A stretch of DNA of 64,000 nt from Chrysomallon squamiferum (lineage: Eukaryota > Animalia > Mollusca). The translations under genes and the position numbers were made by a program. Each line of letters starts with the position of its first letter. Position 1 is the first letter of the stretch. Below, piece after piece: positions 26,068 to 39,196 of the stretch. The notes under the pieces were generated by a model, which worked only from the letters and a program-made list of their open reading frames with translations, ran no database searches and was not told the origin of the DNA. The stretch lies in NCBI GenBank assembly GCA_012295275.1, contig CM022679.1, forward strand, positions 7,998,001 through 8,062,000, in the 5' to 3' direction.

Positions 26068-28190
26068 GTAAATGTTGTTTTAAAATGTTTTACAATTCTC
26101 ATGAATTTACTGATAAAGAATAGAATAAAATATATGATTTAAAATATGACTTATAATCACACTGACTTGTAGCTGTAATCAAAATATTTCTTTGCTCTGA
26201 TATTATTATTTTTTTTGATGAACACCTATTACAGTAATTATCAAATGATGAAAGTTTCAAATATATTTTAATATTAATTCAGCATTATAAAGCACAGTAC
26301 CTGCAGTTTCTAAAGGCTCAGTTTAATTTCTAGTTTTTCAGTAAGATGATGCAATCATTTTGGTCTTTGCATCAGTTGTAGGTTGCGTCTTTATGCATTG
26401 TTGTTTTTAATGATCTATTCAGAATAAATTATTCATGTGCATTGGATTAAATACCACCACAAAAATGTTCTGAAAAGATATTGTTCCCAAAAATGTTCTT
26501 TAGAAATGTTTTGATGTTTGCAACAAAAAAAAGTGTATTAAGAAAATACTTCCTGAAGTGAGTTACTACACTTACACAAGTGGTTAGAGTTTGTACAGGC
26601 ATGTAAAATGCTGTTCTAGTATAACATAAAACTTTTTTTTTTTAATTTAAAAATTTGTTTAAATGTTTTAATTTCATGTTTGGTTTTTTTTTCTAAATAT
26701 ATTAAATTTAAATAGAATTTTGAATAAAAAAATATATATTCAGAATAATGAAAAGAAATTAATTTTATAAGTTATTCCATTTTAAATTTTAGTGTTTCTA
26801 AAATAACCATCCATCACCATCAAATTCCTTTGAATGACCATCTTTTCTATGTTGATGTTCTCCCCAGAAATTCCTAAGTCATGTTTATACAATTATTACA
26901 CTTTTCACAATATAAATTCACCAATATTTAAGAATGTACTTACACAAGAAATATTTTATTAAATGTCCTGATTGAGGTTTAATAGATGATGAAATCAGAC
27001 ATAAGCCTTTCAAGGTAAGGTATTGCATAAGTCTAAAAACAAATTAAGGTGAAAAGTGCAGATAGCTGAGCAACTAAATGAAAATTAAAAACTTTAAACC
27101 TATTTGAAGAGGAAAACAAATAGAAATATTTAGAAAACGGAAATCTGACATTTTGGTGAAATCTGTTCATTGTAAAACTGTGATATCTTTAACATTATCT
27201 TTGTGCTTAAGAATGATCTTCACAGTTTTATGCTGCAAAATTATGGACTCTAATATTACATTTTAGACACCTGGGAATTAAAATGTTAATGATGTATTTC
27301 ACTTTTGAAATGTCACAAAACACATGATAAAAAATTTTAATGGTGAATTTCTGAGAAAGAAAGTATATTATTTCTAAGTCACTATGAATTGATTATTTAT
27401 GAATGAAAATACAAATTTGAATACTGAAGTATGTGATATATTATTGAAATGTATGGTGCTTATGTTCTGTGACCATTATTGGTAATATTAAAAGGTAAAA
27501 GTACACATACAAAACTGCATGTCAGGTTAGAAACTTGACATTTTAAAAAAAAAATTGTTTTTTTCTTGCATACAAAATGTCTTGAAAAGACAAAAAATAA
27601 AAGTATGAATTATTTATCTTTATAAATCCCAAAACTTACAAAATGATCATAATTATGAAAGTATATATAATATGTATAGATGATAGATAGATAGATAGAA
27701 AGATATGAAAATAGATATAAAAATGTTTGTTGTTTATTCATGCCACAGCAGGTATATTTTAACCAAAAATATTTTTAGTTATCTTTTACATGTTAGAAAT
27801 AAAATATTGTTTTAAATAATATTTTCAAAACTTTTTTCTTTATTTTTTGTTATAAGTGCCAACGTTAAAGGATCACAAGCATTAGTAATTCTGTTATGAC
27901 TGATAGTTGTGTACATAATGTTTTCTTTGTTTAAAAAAAAACATTCGTTATTTATTTTGTTGATTTTTCTTTTATTATTTAGGCAACTGGTCTTGGTGGC
28001 GCAGCCACAAGAGATGAAGATGAAGTCAAGATTGCCAGTATGGATCCAGTCTCTGACCGTCTGATCAGTGTTCGATTCAATGCAGATGTTGCCTCCAGCA
28101 TGAGATGGAATTTTAAACCACAGCAGACTGAAGTTAAGGTGTGTACACTGAAGTGAAAAACCTGTAATTGTTGGTTATATTTTATGTATG

Positions 28191-28221
<31 letters not shown>

Positions 28222-31021
28222 GTACGTGTGTATGTGTAAACATAACTAAAATTACCACACTTATGTGTGTTTTGTTGACTTAAATTTTGGAAATTGGCTC
28301 TATTAATCATAAGAAGTTTTATTTTTGGACCATTATTTCAATGTTTCTTTCACAGTTATCAAATAAATAAATAATTTGTTATCTATTTTATCTTTGTTTT
28401 CCTTTTTTCAAAAAATTTGGAATCAACATTTTGCTCATTTTTTTTTTTTTTTTTTTTTTTTTTATTTGCCAAATAAATTAACTATTTTTTAAATAAAATT
28501 TCTGTTTTTATTTTTTTTTAAAGGTCTTTCCAGGAGAAACTGCTCTTGCCTTCTACACTGCAAGGAACCCAACTCCAAACCCCATTAATGGAATCTCCAC
28601 ATACACTGTGGTTCCTTATGAAGCTGCACCATACTTTAACAAGATACAGGTAAAGAACATATGTTAAAAAAAATAAAGAACACATCATGACAGCAGTAAT
28701 ACTAATACATATGTATACAGGGGTAAAAACAAATGTTTGGCTTGCAAAGTAATGTGGAGTAACAGAATGTGAGGATTACATGTTTTTTTCAAAATAAACT
28801 ACCATATTGTATGTATATTATATATACATGATAATATTTAACTAAATTTTACAAAAGAAATTTTTTTTCCAATGTTGTATAGATCAAATCTAGATTATTG
28901 TATGGAAAAAAGAGTTACCTCCCATGGATTAAGACTTAGGATATTATTACTTCTTTTTGAAAACACTAATTTAAGGTTGATGTAGAATGAATTATCTCCC
29001 TTTGATTAGTATGCTTTTGTTTCATGTTTATTTTCAGGTATATTTAGTAAAATAGAGATTATTTGTTTTATCTTAAATATTTCATATCTTAGTAACATTT
29101 CATCACTGCAAAATATATGAACTTTTTTATTATTAGCTTTGTAATTAAAATATGTGGAATATTATATTTTTTCAAAAATTTCTGGATATCATTAATCTCC
29201 AACCAAGCAAAAGTAAAAAATTAAAATAAAAAAAAAAATTATTTCATTTGAAAAAAGGTTTAGCTATAATATATATATTTGATATGATTTTTTCTTAAAT
29301 CAATGATTTATTCCTTTTTACAGTGTTTCTGTTTTGAAGAACAGAGGTTGAACCCAAATGAACAGGTAGGAATTTATTTATTTTAACTACTAAAATACAC
29401 CCTTCTATGTATAAAAATATTCTGCATTTAAATATTCATGATGATCTGAATGAAGTTATTGTGTTGTCAGTTTCTGACACTGTCATGATTTTCTGAAAAA
29501 CCCTAAAGCAATCTTGTATTTAGAAATTGTATTCCAGGGTACAGCTCGTAACAAACCCTTGAACTGTTTAAATTGTATACATTTCATTGGTAGATTAATC
29601 ATTTTCATAGAAAGATTGGTTTGTTAATGTAATATAAAAATAGGATTCAAAAATTTAATGAATTCTCCTTTTTCATATCAATAAAATCCTTCTGTAAAAT
29701 TAACTTTAATTCCAGAAATTCTGGTCTTAGTGTTATGTAAATGTTTTCAAAATCCAAATATATCTTTACTTAAAATGTATAAGCATTTAGGAAATAAAAT
29801 AAAATTTGTTTTTAATTTGTAATTTATTAAAAAAAAATTATTTTTATTTTAGTATTATATAAAATTATCACCAATAAATATTTCAAAATAGAATTTATTG
29901 ACTGATAGGGCATTGGCCATTTTTTATATTTAATAAATGAATGTCTTTTTCAAATTCAAGTGGGAATCATTTTATTCAAACCTGAGATTTGATTGTAGCT
30001 TTCTTTATCTGACTCACCTCAGCATTTCTTTGTCATATTATGTTTCTGTTGATTGTGCTGTGTAAAGTATGCTGTCTTTGTCAGTTTGTTTCATTATTAT
30101 AGAACGTTTGCTCCACAAATTATATCTGACATTACAGGTTTTTAATATTTGGTTGTAAGCTTATTCTTTGTTGTAGAAAACATGATGAATACCTCTTAGT
30201 TACTTTACCTGTTCTCTTTTCTTTCATTTTTATCTTTTATTATAATTATTATTGTTCTAATATATTGAATTAATTTATTTCAGACATTAATTTAGCATCA
30301 CAGTGAAATATTTTATTTTATACATTAACTAAATAAATTAATTCACTGTAATTAATTTTAAATTACTATGAATTATTTTAATATTGTGCCCTAATTTAAT
30401 ATTAATTACAATAAAAAAAACAATTTTGTGTGCATTAATTAAATATTCATTAATTTCCAATTTCATCTCTAAGTGTCTTAAGTGTATTTCTTATTCATTG
30501 CACCTTCTTTTCAGAAGTTAAAACTTACCTGTAAACACGACATTTGTTTATGTTGTGAAGCAGGCACTCAAAATTACACATCATTGTTGCATCTTTCATA
30601 ATGCAACATGTTTACATTTTCTTATTTTCATAACGGATAATTTATTAAAGTCAGTCTGTGACACAAATATTGATTCTGATTCTATAATCTATAAAACCGG
30701 ACGTAAAATGACAATAATGTTGTTTATCTGAAAAGAAATTAGCTTAGAGCCAGGAGAAGCAGATGTTGTGTATTATTACAGTTTCAAAGATATTGTGTAT
30801 CGGAGGCAGTGAGTCAACAGGTCATTTTTAGCATTAATAAAGTGCAGGCAGCAAAAGACTGGGTCTTTATGATACGAGCCATTGTGTGTATTTTATTGTC
30901 AATATCTGTTCTATACATAACTGCAAAAATAACAAGAATAATAAAATTTTAAAAGAGGACAAAAAAATATAAAAATAAATTTGAAATTACATAATAAAAA
31001 TGACCAGTCACATTTTCAAAA

Positions 31022-31060
<39 letters not shown>

Positions 31061-33955
31061 TATAATAATAATAATAATAAGATATGTGTATATCTGTTTA
31101 TATGTTCATTCATAAACATATATATATTAAAATTAAAGTATTTTTAATTACTCTATCTCATTTATCATTTTTCTTTTTTCTATTTAATATATATGTGTGT
31201 ATTAAAGTCCATGTTGAAAGATCTGTTCTGTTCAAATTTTATCATTTATCTTTTACATCAAGATTTTTCAACACTGTACTTACATCATGGTTTCTTTTTA
31301 TCTAAATGATTACCCATTTAAAAAATAAAAATTATCAAAATTTAAAAATTTAAAAAAATATATATATCACAGCACACTTCTTTGCCTTTAAACTTAAGGA
31401 CAGTGAGATGTTTTCAAAACTGCAGCTGTTGGTTTTCATCACCAGCTATCTAGTTCATCTGAGTAAAGGAGTTAAAATGTTGGGGTCTCTCCTGTCTGTT
31501 TATTTCTCTCACTATTTATACCACTGCTGTTATCAAACACGTTTTCTCTGTTGTAGTCCCCAAGGTCTATCTGTGATTACCTGGCAAACGTGTGTGTATG
31601 TGTGTGTGTTATCTACTATTGTAGAGTATAATATGTATCTTCAAATACCTCACCTTTCCTCTACCTGCTACATTGTTCAGATGAAAACAAACTGCACAGA
31701 GATAAAACACACATCTCTTTTTTTCTTTTAACTTACCCCAGAGTTTAAACGTTTAACCAGTTTTGCAAAAACAACAAAGATGGAAAAGATTTTTTGTTTT
31801 ACCTCTAACCTTCATTTTTTTTTTTTTTTTTTTTTTTTCTTCTTTAAACATTTTAGGTTTCATTTCAAGTTCATTAGCTTGAGTTTATTAATTTTAAATT
31901 AGTGTAATAATTAAACAGTGGAAAATGTTTGAGGAAGTATGGATTTGTGAAAAACAATTTTGTAAACCATAGAGGCAAATAAATTATTTTTCATGAATCC
32001 ATGCTTTCCAATATTCTCTCCTAAATACAACACACAGGAGAAAATTAATTACTACAAAAACCATGTCTTTGATGTTTTGACTGAAACCTCTGTAAAAATA
32101 ATAATCTAACAAAATCCATTTCATTATCAGAAACATACAGCCTTCTAAACTTGTCTGAAGATTCATGAAAAATAACCAACAATGAATTGAAGACAATGGC
32201 AAGACGTTTAAAAACAAATTTTAGTTGTTGATAGAATTGACATAAGCAGATATTTTTCATAGATTGTTAATTTGCAAATTGTGGTGAATTAAAATTCTTT
32301 GTTTCCATTTAGGAAATGGATAATCTTATTTACGATATGGTTAGTAATCATTTCCCAATCGTTTTCTGTACCTATCAAGAATTTTATTTATTTATTAATT
32401 TTTTTTTTTTTTTTTAATTTTTTTTAATTTTTTTTTTTGTTTCCTTGGAAACATAAAATATGTTCAAATATTCAAACTGAATTTCATAATAAAGAAAACG
32501 TCTTTTTTAACAGTCTGATATGTGGAATACTTGCACAACCAGTTATTTCGGTATTCATTTATTTATTTATAGCTCAGCTTCTGCTGGGGGTTATGTTTGT
32601 TAGGTAAGAATAGACTGTTCAGGTGTTTGATACTGTTAACAGATATGTAACTGATAGCTTCATGCAAATGCATGTGAAATAGAATAGTTGTACAGAAAAT
32701 CCATAGGTGAATGTGCAAGATACTGCTGATACATGGAAAATGAGTTAATTATCTTTATAAATTCAGACTTTCAAATTCATTCTTCTTCTTCTTTATCTTT
32801 TGTTCACAGTATATAATGCTTGGCAATAAGGTCTCGGTTATAAAGCAGATTTCTTAATTAAGTTATGAAGTTGCAAGTATCTTGTGGTTTAATGGTCTTT
32901 TTCTACGCTATTTATGTAACCATACAATTTGTTTGTATTTTTTTTAGCAGATATATTATATTACAAAACTTTTGCATCTGCTGTTAATGTCTCTTTCAAC
33001 TAGTGAGAGATTCAGAGATTCATGAATGTATGTGTGTGTAAGGTATTTTATACAGATAAAAATGTTTATAGGTATGTGTTAGTGTACATATCTCTGAAGA
33101 CAAGATATTTAAAATTTTATTTTCTAATTTATTATTAACTGTTATTGAAAAGTTAATATTGTTCTTTTCTCTACTTTGCACTTTAGTTTCTTTTTTATTG
33201 TGATGAAATAAATGCTTAGTCTTGTCTTTTATTGTACACAGTATCTGTAACTGAAGTTAATAAAATTGTTAAAAATATTATAAATATTTGGTTAATGTTT
33301 AAATGTATATAATGTGACTCATGAAGAAAAAAAATAGACAGATTTTGTTCATAACAAATGGAGCAACAGATGCACATGTGCACTAAATGCACTCCACTGC
33401 TTCCTACAGCAGAAATTCTTTTTTTTTTTTTTTTTTTTTGACATTAACAAAAACTTCACATATTTATCTCACTTTGACCTTCTGATGTAGTGTTTTGCTG
33501 TGATTCCCAGTTGACATCTGCTGATGGATTGAGTCGGCAGGTCTGTGGACATGCAGTGAGAGACGCATTCAACACTTTTGAGTTTGCACACTTCCTGAAG
33601 CATCAGAGAGTTTGTGTGGAGGACAAACTGTAATCCTCTAACACAGTCCTGTAAGGCTAGTTAAAACAGCCGAACAAATATTGATTTCAATCTGACACAG
33701 AGCTGGTGCCCATCTTCACTTTTTTTTTTTTTTTTTTTTTTTCTTTTTTTTTTCGTATTGATACAGTTTTTGCTCTGTTTCTGATATATTTGGTAAAACT
33801 GCATGTTTTTAACTGTTTGGATTCCAGTTGTTTAAAATCGACCAGTTTAGTTATTTTATATGTGTTATGATTTATGGATTTTATTTATTTAAGCTAAATA
33901 AAATGTATTACAGGATCTCTCTGACTTTCTCTCCCTTTTCCCCAAACTTATCTTT

Positions 33956-34005
<50 letters not shown>

Positions 34006-36420
34006 ATGTGCTAACAGAATACTGTTTATTCAGTGTTTTAAAATAACCTTATATGGTCATTATCTATCTCTCTTTTTTCTATCTATCTATATCTATATAT
34101 ATATCATTTTTATTATTATTATCTTCTTTTTTTTTTTTCTTTTTTACATTTTGAATAAGTTCCATTAATTGAATAATTAGGTGGCATGCATTTTATTCAT
34201 TTTTATTTTATGCATTATGTATATTATGTATATTATATGTCTGTAAACTGCAATGTAATTAAAGCTCATACATGCATTACTGAGCATGTCAGGAAAGGTA
34301 CTTTTATTTATTGCAGAAATCACTGCATGTGACATTAGCTTGCGTCATGTGTATTTTTTTTATTTTCTTCTTAGTAATGTACATCCTGTCTTTTTTTTTA
34401 ATACATTGAGTTTAATTTCAGTGAAAAAATATCAATTTTTGAATACATCATACTTATTTTCAATGAACAATGATCCATCCAGCTCATAATATTTTTAGTA
34501 CATCATTTTTCTAACTTTATAGTACATTATCCTTCCATCCAGGATATGAATAGCATTAACTTTACAGTATATTATCTTAATTTTCTGTAAACAGACATCC
34601 TGATCTTTATAATATATTATCTTTAATTTTTGAAAAGGAACATCCTTGTTTTAGTAAATAAAAGATGCGTACGTTTTTTGGTTGTTTTCTTTTTCCTTTT
34701 TTTTTTTTTCTGAATAATATAATTATTAATTTCTAATAATAAATATCTGGTTGTATTCAATAACTGACATCCTGGTCTTTTCAAAAATAATCTTTTTTTT
34801 TCTTTGAATAAAATTTAATGTTTGACAACAATGTAGTCTGGGTGCAGTCTTTTGTCATGTTGGAAGTTTAAACTAAAAATAAAATTACTTGAAAATCTAA
34901 GCATACTAATTATTCAGTATTTTTTATATACTATTAAAAGAAAAATTCAATGATCAAGTTCAATATATAAAACTGTTTTGGGTAGAGGTCTAATGTTATT
35001 ATACTTACTAGTACAGAAGCACTTATTTCTTTCAGCATGGATTATTATTATTATTTTTTTTTTTAAATATTTATTTCTATGAAGAAATTTTTACAAACAA
35101 AAAGGAAAAAGAAGAAAAGAAAAATCTAAACAGTGAAAACACCCATCAGCAAATGTTTAATCCACTGGGCATTTTACCAAATGTTGTCATTTCCTCAATG
35201 CTGAGTTTTTGTTTTTCCTTCTTTTTACTGATTCTCATTGAATCCTCAGCTTTGTATTGCTTTCAGATTGGGCAGGTTTGTCAAATTAATCTCTTGTGTT
35301 TCAAAAACACCTGTGTTTCTCTTAAATCTCTGAATCCAAACTTGATTTTTTATTTTTTATTTTTTTTTTTTTTTTTTCCTTCCATATTTACTGAGCACCA
35401 ACACTCCAATGCAAACTGATTACATGCTATTTGCTCACTGTGCACTTTGTGGCATTCAGATCGTGTTGGGTTGTTTTTAGGACCTGAGAGTTATTTCATT
35501 CTGAGAATGGTTGCATGATGAAGCCTGTCTTCTTGAGAACTACCAGGGAAGTAAGGAGCAGTCTCTCTGGCTCACTCCCTCTTCAAATATTTGAACATTC
35601 CGGTGGTCTTACCAGTGGATTATTATCATTGTTTGTCTCAAAGATTAGCTTAACAAAACAGAAACAAAAAAATTGTTCATGTGTTTGAAATGATACGTAA
35701 TTCCTGGTGTGCATACATTACATGAGTTGTCTAAAATTCTGATTCAGTTATTCGTACTCTGTGTCTAATTTCAGTCTGATACATCTTACAGGCATATGAA
35801 GATAGGGATTACAGTTGTGTTTTATTGTTTGTGTTATGCATCTGTTTGATATTGTTAAATATTAGCTCTGGTCATTTAAACTTTGATATATTTTGTTTTA
35901 AGTTGTGTGTTTTTGTGATTTGTCATGTTTGAATCTCAAACATGTTCATTCTGAGTCTGTTTTGCCGAATGCTGATGCATCTTCATTGATTTAACTTCTT
36001 TGTTTTCAGTACAGGCAGAATAACAGTTTCCATCTAACTTACTCAAGTGAAATTTTCCTATGTCTTTCTGAAGTTGAAATAAAATTGTAAAATTGTTTTT
36101 TCTTATGAGCACATTATAAATCCAAATGTGTCTGATCTTTTGGCAGTTTTGTGTCAAACACATAAATAAAAAATATATATATGCTAATGTTTGATATGTG
36201 TAACATGCTGTATCATATTGTTATGTATAAACACCTGCTGAGCCCTCTGCAGAAAGAGAAACATGTTGATTGTATCAAGGAGATCCATTTTTTTAGAAAT
36301 GCAAAAGAAGTCAAAGATCATATTCCTAATTTTGTCACCAGTAATATACACAGAGTTCTTGTTTATTTTATATATATATTAACAGAGAAGAATATTTATT
36401 TCAAACACCCAACCCACCCA

Positions 36421-36470
<50 letters not shown>

Positions 36471-36612
36471 GACAGAATTAACTCTCATACAAATAAATTG
36501 TTATAAGATTAATGAATTAACTAACAGAATATCTCTATGAATGTATTTTGCTTGATATTCCTGATAAAATTTATGCATGCTTCATAGTGGCTGAATGTGT
36601 TTTTTCTTCATC

Positions 36613-36671
<59 letters not shown>

Positions 36672-38619
36672 CCCTTCATCCATTACCTAAAAAAGACCAT
36701 GCAGTAACCTGAATAATGACTAAAATCCATTCACATCACAATAACTTCATGCTCAGCTGTGTATCCCAGCTGCAGGGCGTGGCACTTTGGTGGAACATGG
36801 TAGGAGTGCTTACTGAAGCAAATTAGCACAGGCTCAGTGGATATCCCCCAGGGATTTAGAAACATTGTTGACAGATAAAGGATCAGTGGTCACAGTTATT
36901 TAGCTTGATTGTACTGCAGATTTACTGTGGGTAGGCAAAGTCTTTAGTCAGATTTGCAGGTATAGAGACCTAGTATAAGCTTATTATCTGGATTAGGAAA
37001 AAGACTTTCAGAATTAAGAAAATCAGTCTGTTACACTAGTTTCTTTCATTAGTAGCATTTAGTAATGTCTTTAGTATTCATGTGGTGGATTATTATGGTT
37101 TGCGAAAGGTTGAGATATTAAAGTAGAATTGAAAAAAATATAATTAAGATTTGTTTAAAAAATTTAAGAAATTGTTAATCATTGCAAGAAATTGTTAATC
37201 ATTGCACTTTCTGACAAATATGATCTTTATTGTTCTAAGATCTAATTATTTTATTAAATTTTCACAACATATCAAAGATTATGAATATATTCTGTAATCA
37301 TATAGTAATGATTTTATATTTTGTTTAGTATTACATTTTCTTTCTCTCACGACATTGCCAAACTATTATGTAAATATAGGTATTTGTTACAACATTAATT
37401 ATTAGATTAGATTACATTTTTACACAGTCTTAAGTAAATTTGTCTTTGGGTTAATTAAATATTTAGATGTATGATGATACCACCAATAATCTGTTAGTTA
37501 ACTCCTTTATCTTATAACAGCTTTCATTGTACAAGAGTTAATTCTATCAGTGTCATCTCATTATCTCTGCATAATATTGATTTAATTTACATACATAATT
37601 ATACCAGCATCATGATATTACACTTAACTCACGTGGAGAAATTAATAATTCTCATTAAATTCACCTGCCTCTTAACTACGGAACAAAATGCCAGCAAAAA
37701 CTATTGATTTAATTTACATATAAAAAAACCGAGTGAAATATATAATATCATCACCAACACACACATGTGCACACTTTAAAAAATTACAAATGAATATTTT
37801 ATCATTAAATTCTCACACCTCTTAATTAAGGAACAAAACGAAATACTGATTTAATTTAGATATATAATTACTCCAATCTAAGTTAAAATATTTAATGTCA
37901 AAAATATATACTCAGACTTTCAAAGTTAAAAATTAATAATTCCAGTTAATTCACAGGCCTCTTATCTATGAAAATATTTAATGTCACACACACACACACA
38001 CACACACACACGTTGTTCAAAATGAAAAATGAATAATTTTTATTAAATTCACATGCAAATTAATTATGTAAAAAGTGCTGTCAAGTCTGTGTAAAACAGC
38101 AGTTTAATTTATATACCTAATTATATACAGTATCGCACTGTTACAAAGTTAACTCACACTGGGAAGCCAGTAATTCTCATTAAACTCTCAGACCCCTTAA
38201 CTATGTAACAAAATGCCAATAAGTCTCACAGCAGGAGTGTTTGACTTGGCCAGCCATGTTTATTGTTTCTGGTCTTTGTCTTGACAAAGAAAAATATTTT
38301 TTTATTTATTAGGAACACATGGACATGGTATTTTTTTGTCACTTTGTCAACTGGTTTGTTTCTTTGATTGTATATCTCTCCATCTTTTTATAGTATCTTC
38401 TTGTTACTTTCATTGCTTTGGAAACACACTTTCATCGGTTCCCTATATTTTTTATATCTTCTGTATATATCCTCAAACAGATACGGAAATTTTGGAAAGT
38501 GTGGAAATTTGTTCTGTTTTTAAGGATTAAATAATGAACAAAAAAGCCAGAAAAGTATGTCGGATAAGGTCAGAAGAAACTGTAAATTCCTCCTTGATTG
38601 GGAAATAATGTTTATTTAT

Positions 38620-38654
<35 letters not shown>

Positions 38655-39133
38655 GCTGCATTTATATTCAGATAAATACTGGTAGTTATATATAAAAACT
38701 GCAGTAACTACAAAAATTGGTTATCAGAATATGTATATCCTTCATCTTAAATAAATACATTTCTTTTCTCATGCTTTTGATGAATGTTTTATAATAAAAA
38801 ATATAATGTGTGCATTCTTTATTCCTTATATAAAATTAATTATTTTGGTAAGACATCTGGATTACATTAAATTAATGAAAAGTAAACTCATTTAATTATT
38901 GTGAATTGATCATTGCATAATCCCATTAGTGGTCATCAAGTGCTTTACAGTAGTTAAATAACTGAAAACAAAACCAAAGATGTTTAATTACCTTAGCCAG
39001 ACTATGTTAACTTCTTTTTTCTTGCCCTTTTCTTTAATTTTTTTGTTTGTGTGGTCGTATGTGCATGCATGTGTGTGTGTCTGAATATTCATGAATATGT
39101 CTGTGTGTGAGTGTGTGCATTCAAGCAAGCATA

Positions 39134-39196
<63 letters not shown>

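Noticed and set aside
30010-31740. Several strong minus-strand donors (30017, 30528, 31736)
   Set aside because: No upstream open frames or matching acceptors could be assembled, so they are probably chance matches.
37570-38220. Repeat-spacer-like array that might suggest CRISPR
   Set aside because: The units are long, degenerate and variable, the context is a eukaryotic intron, and there are no cas genes.
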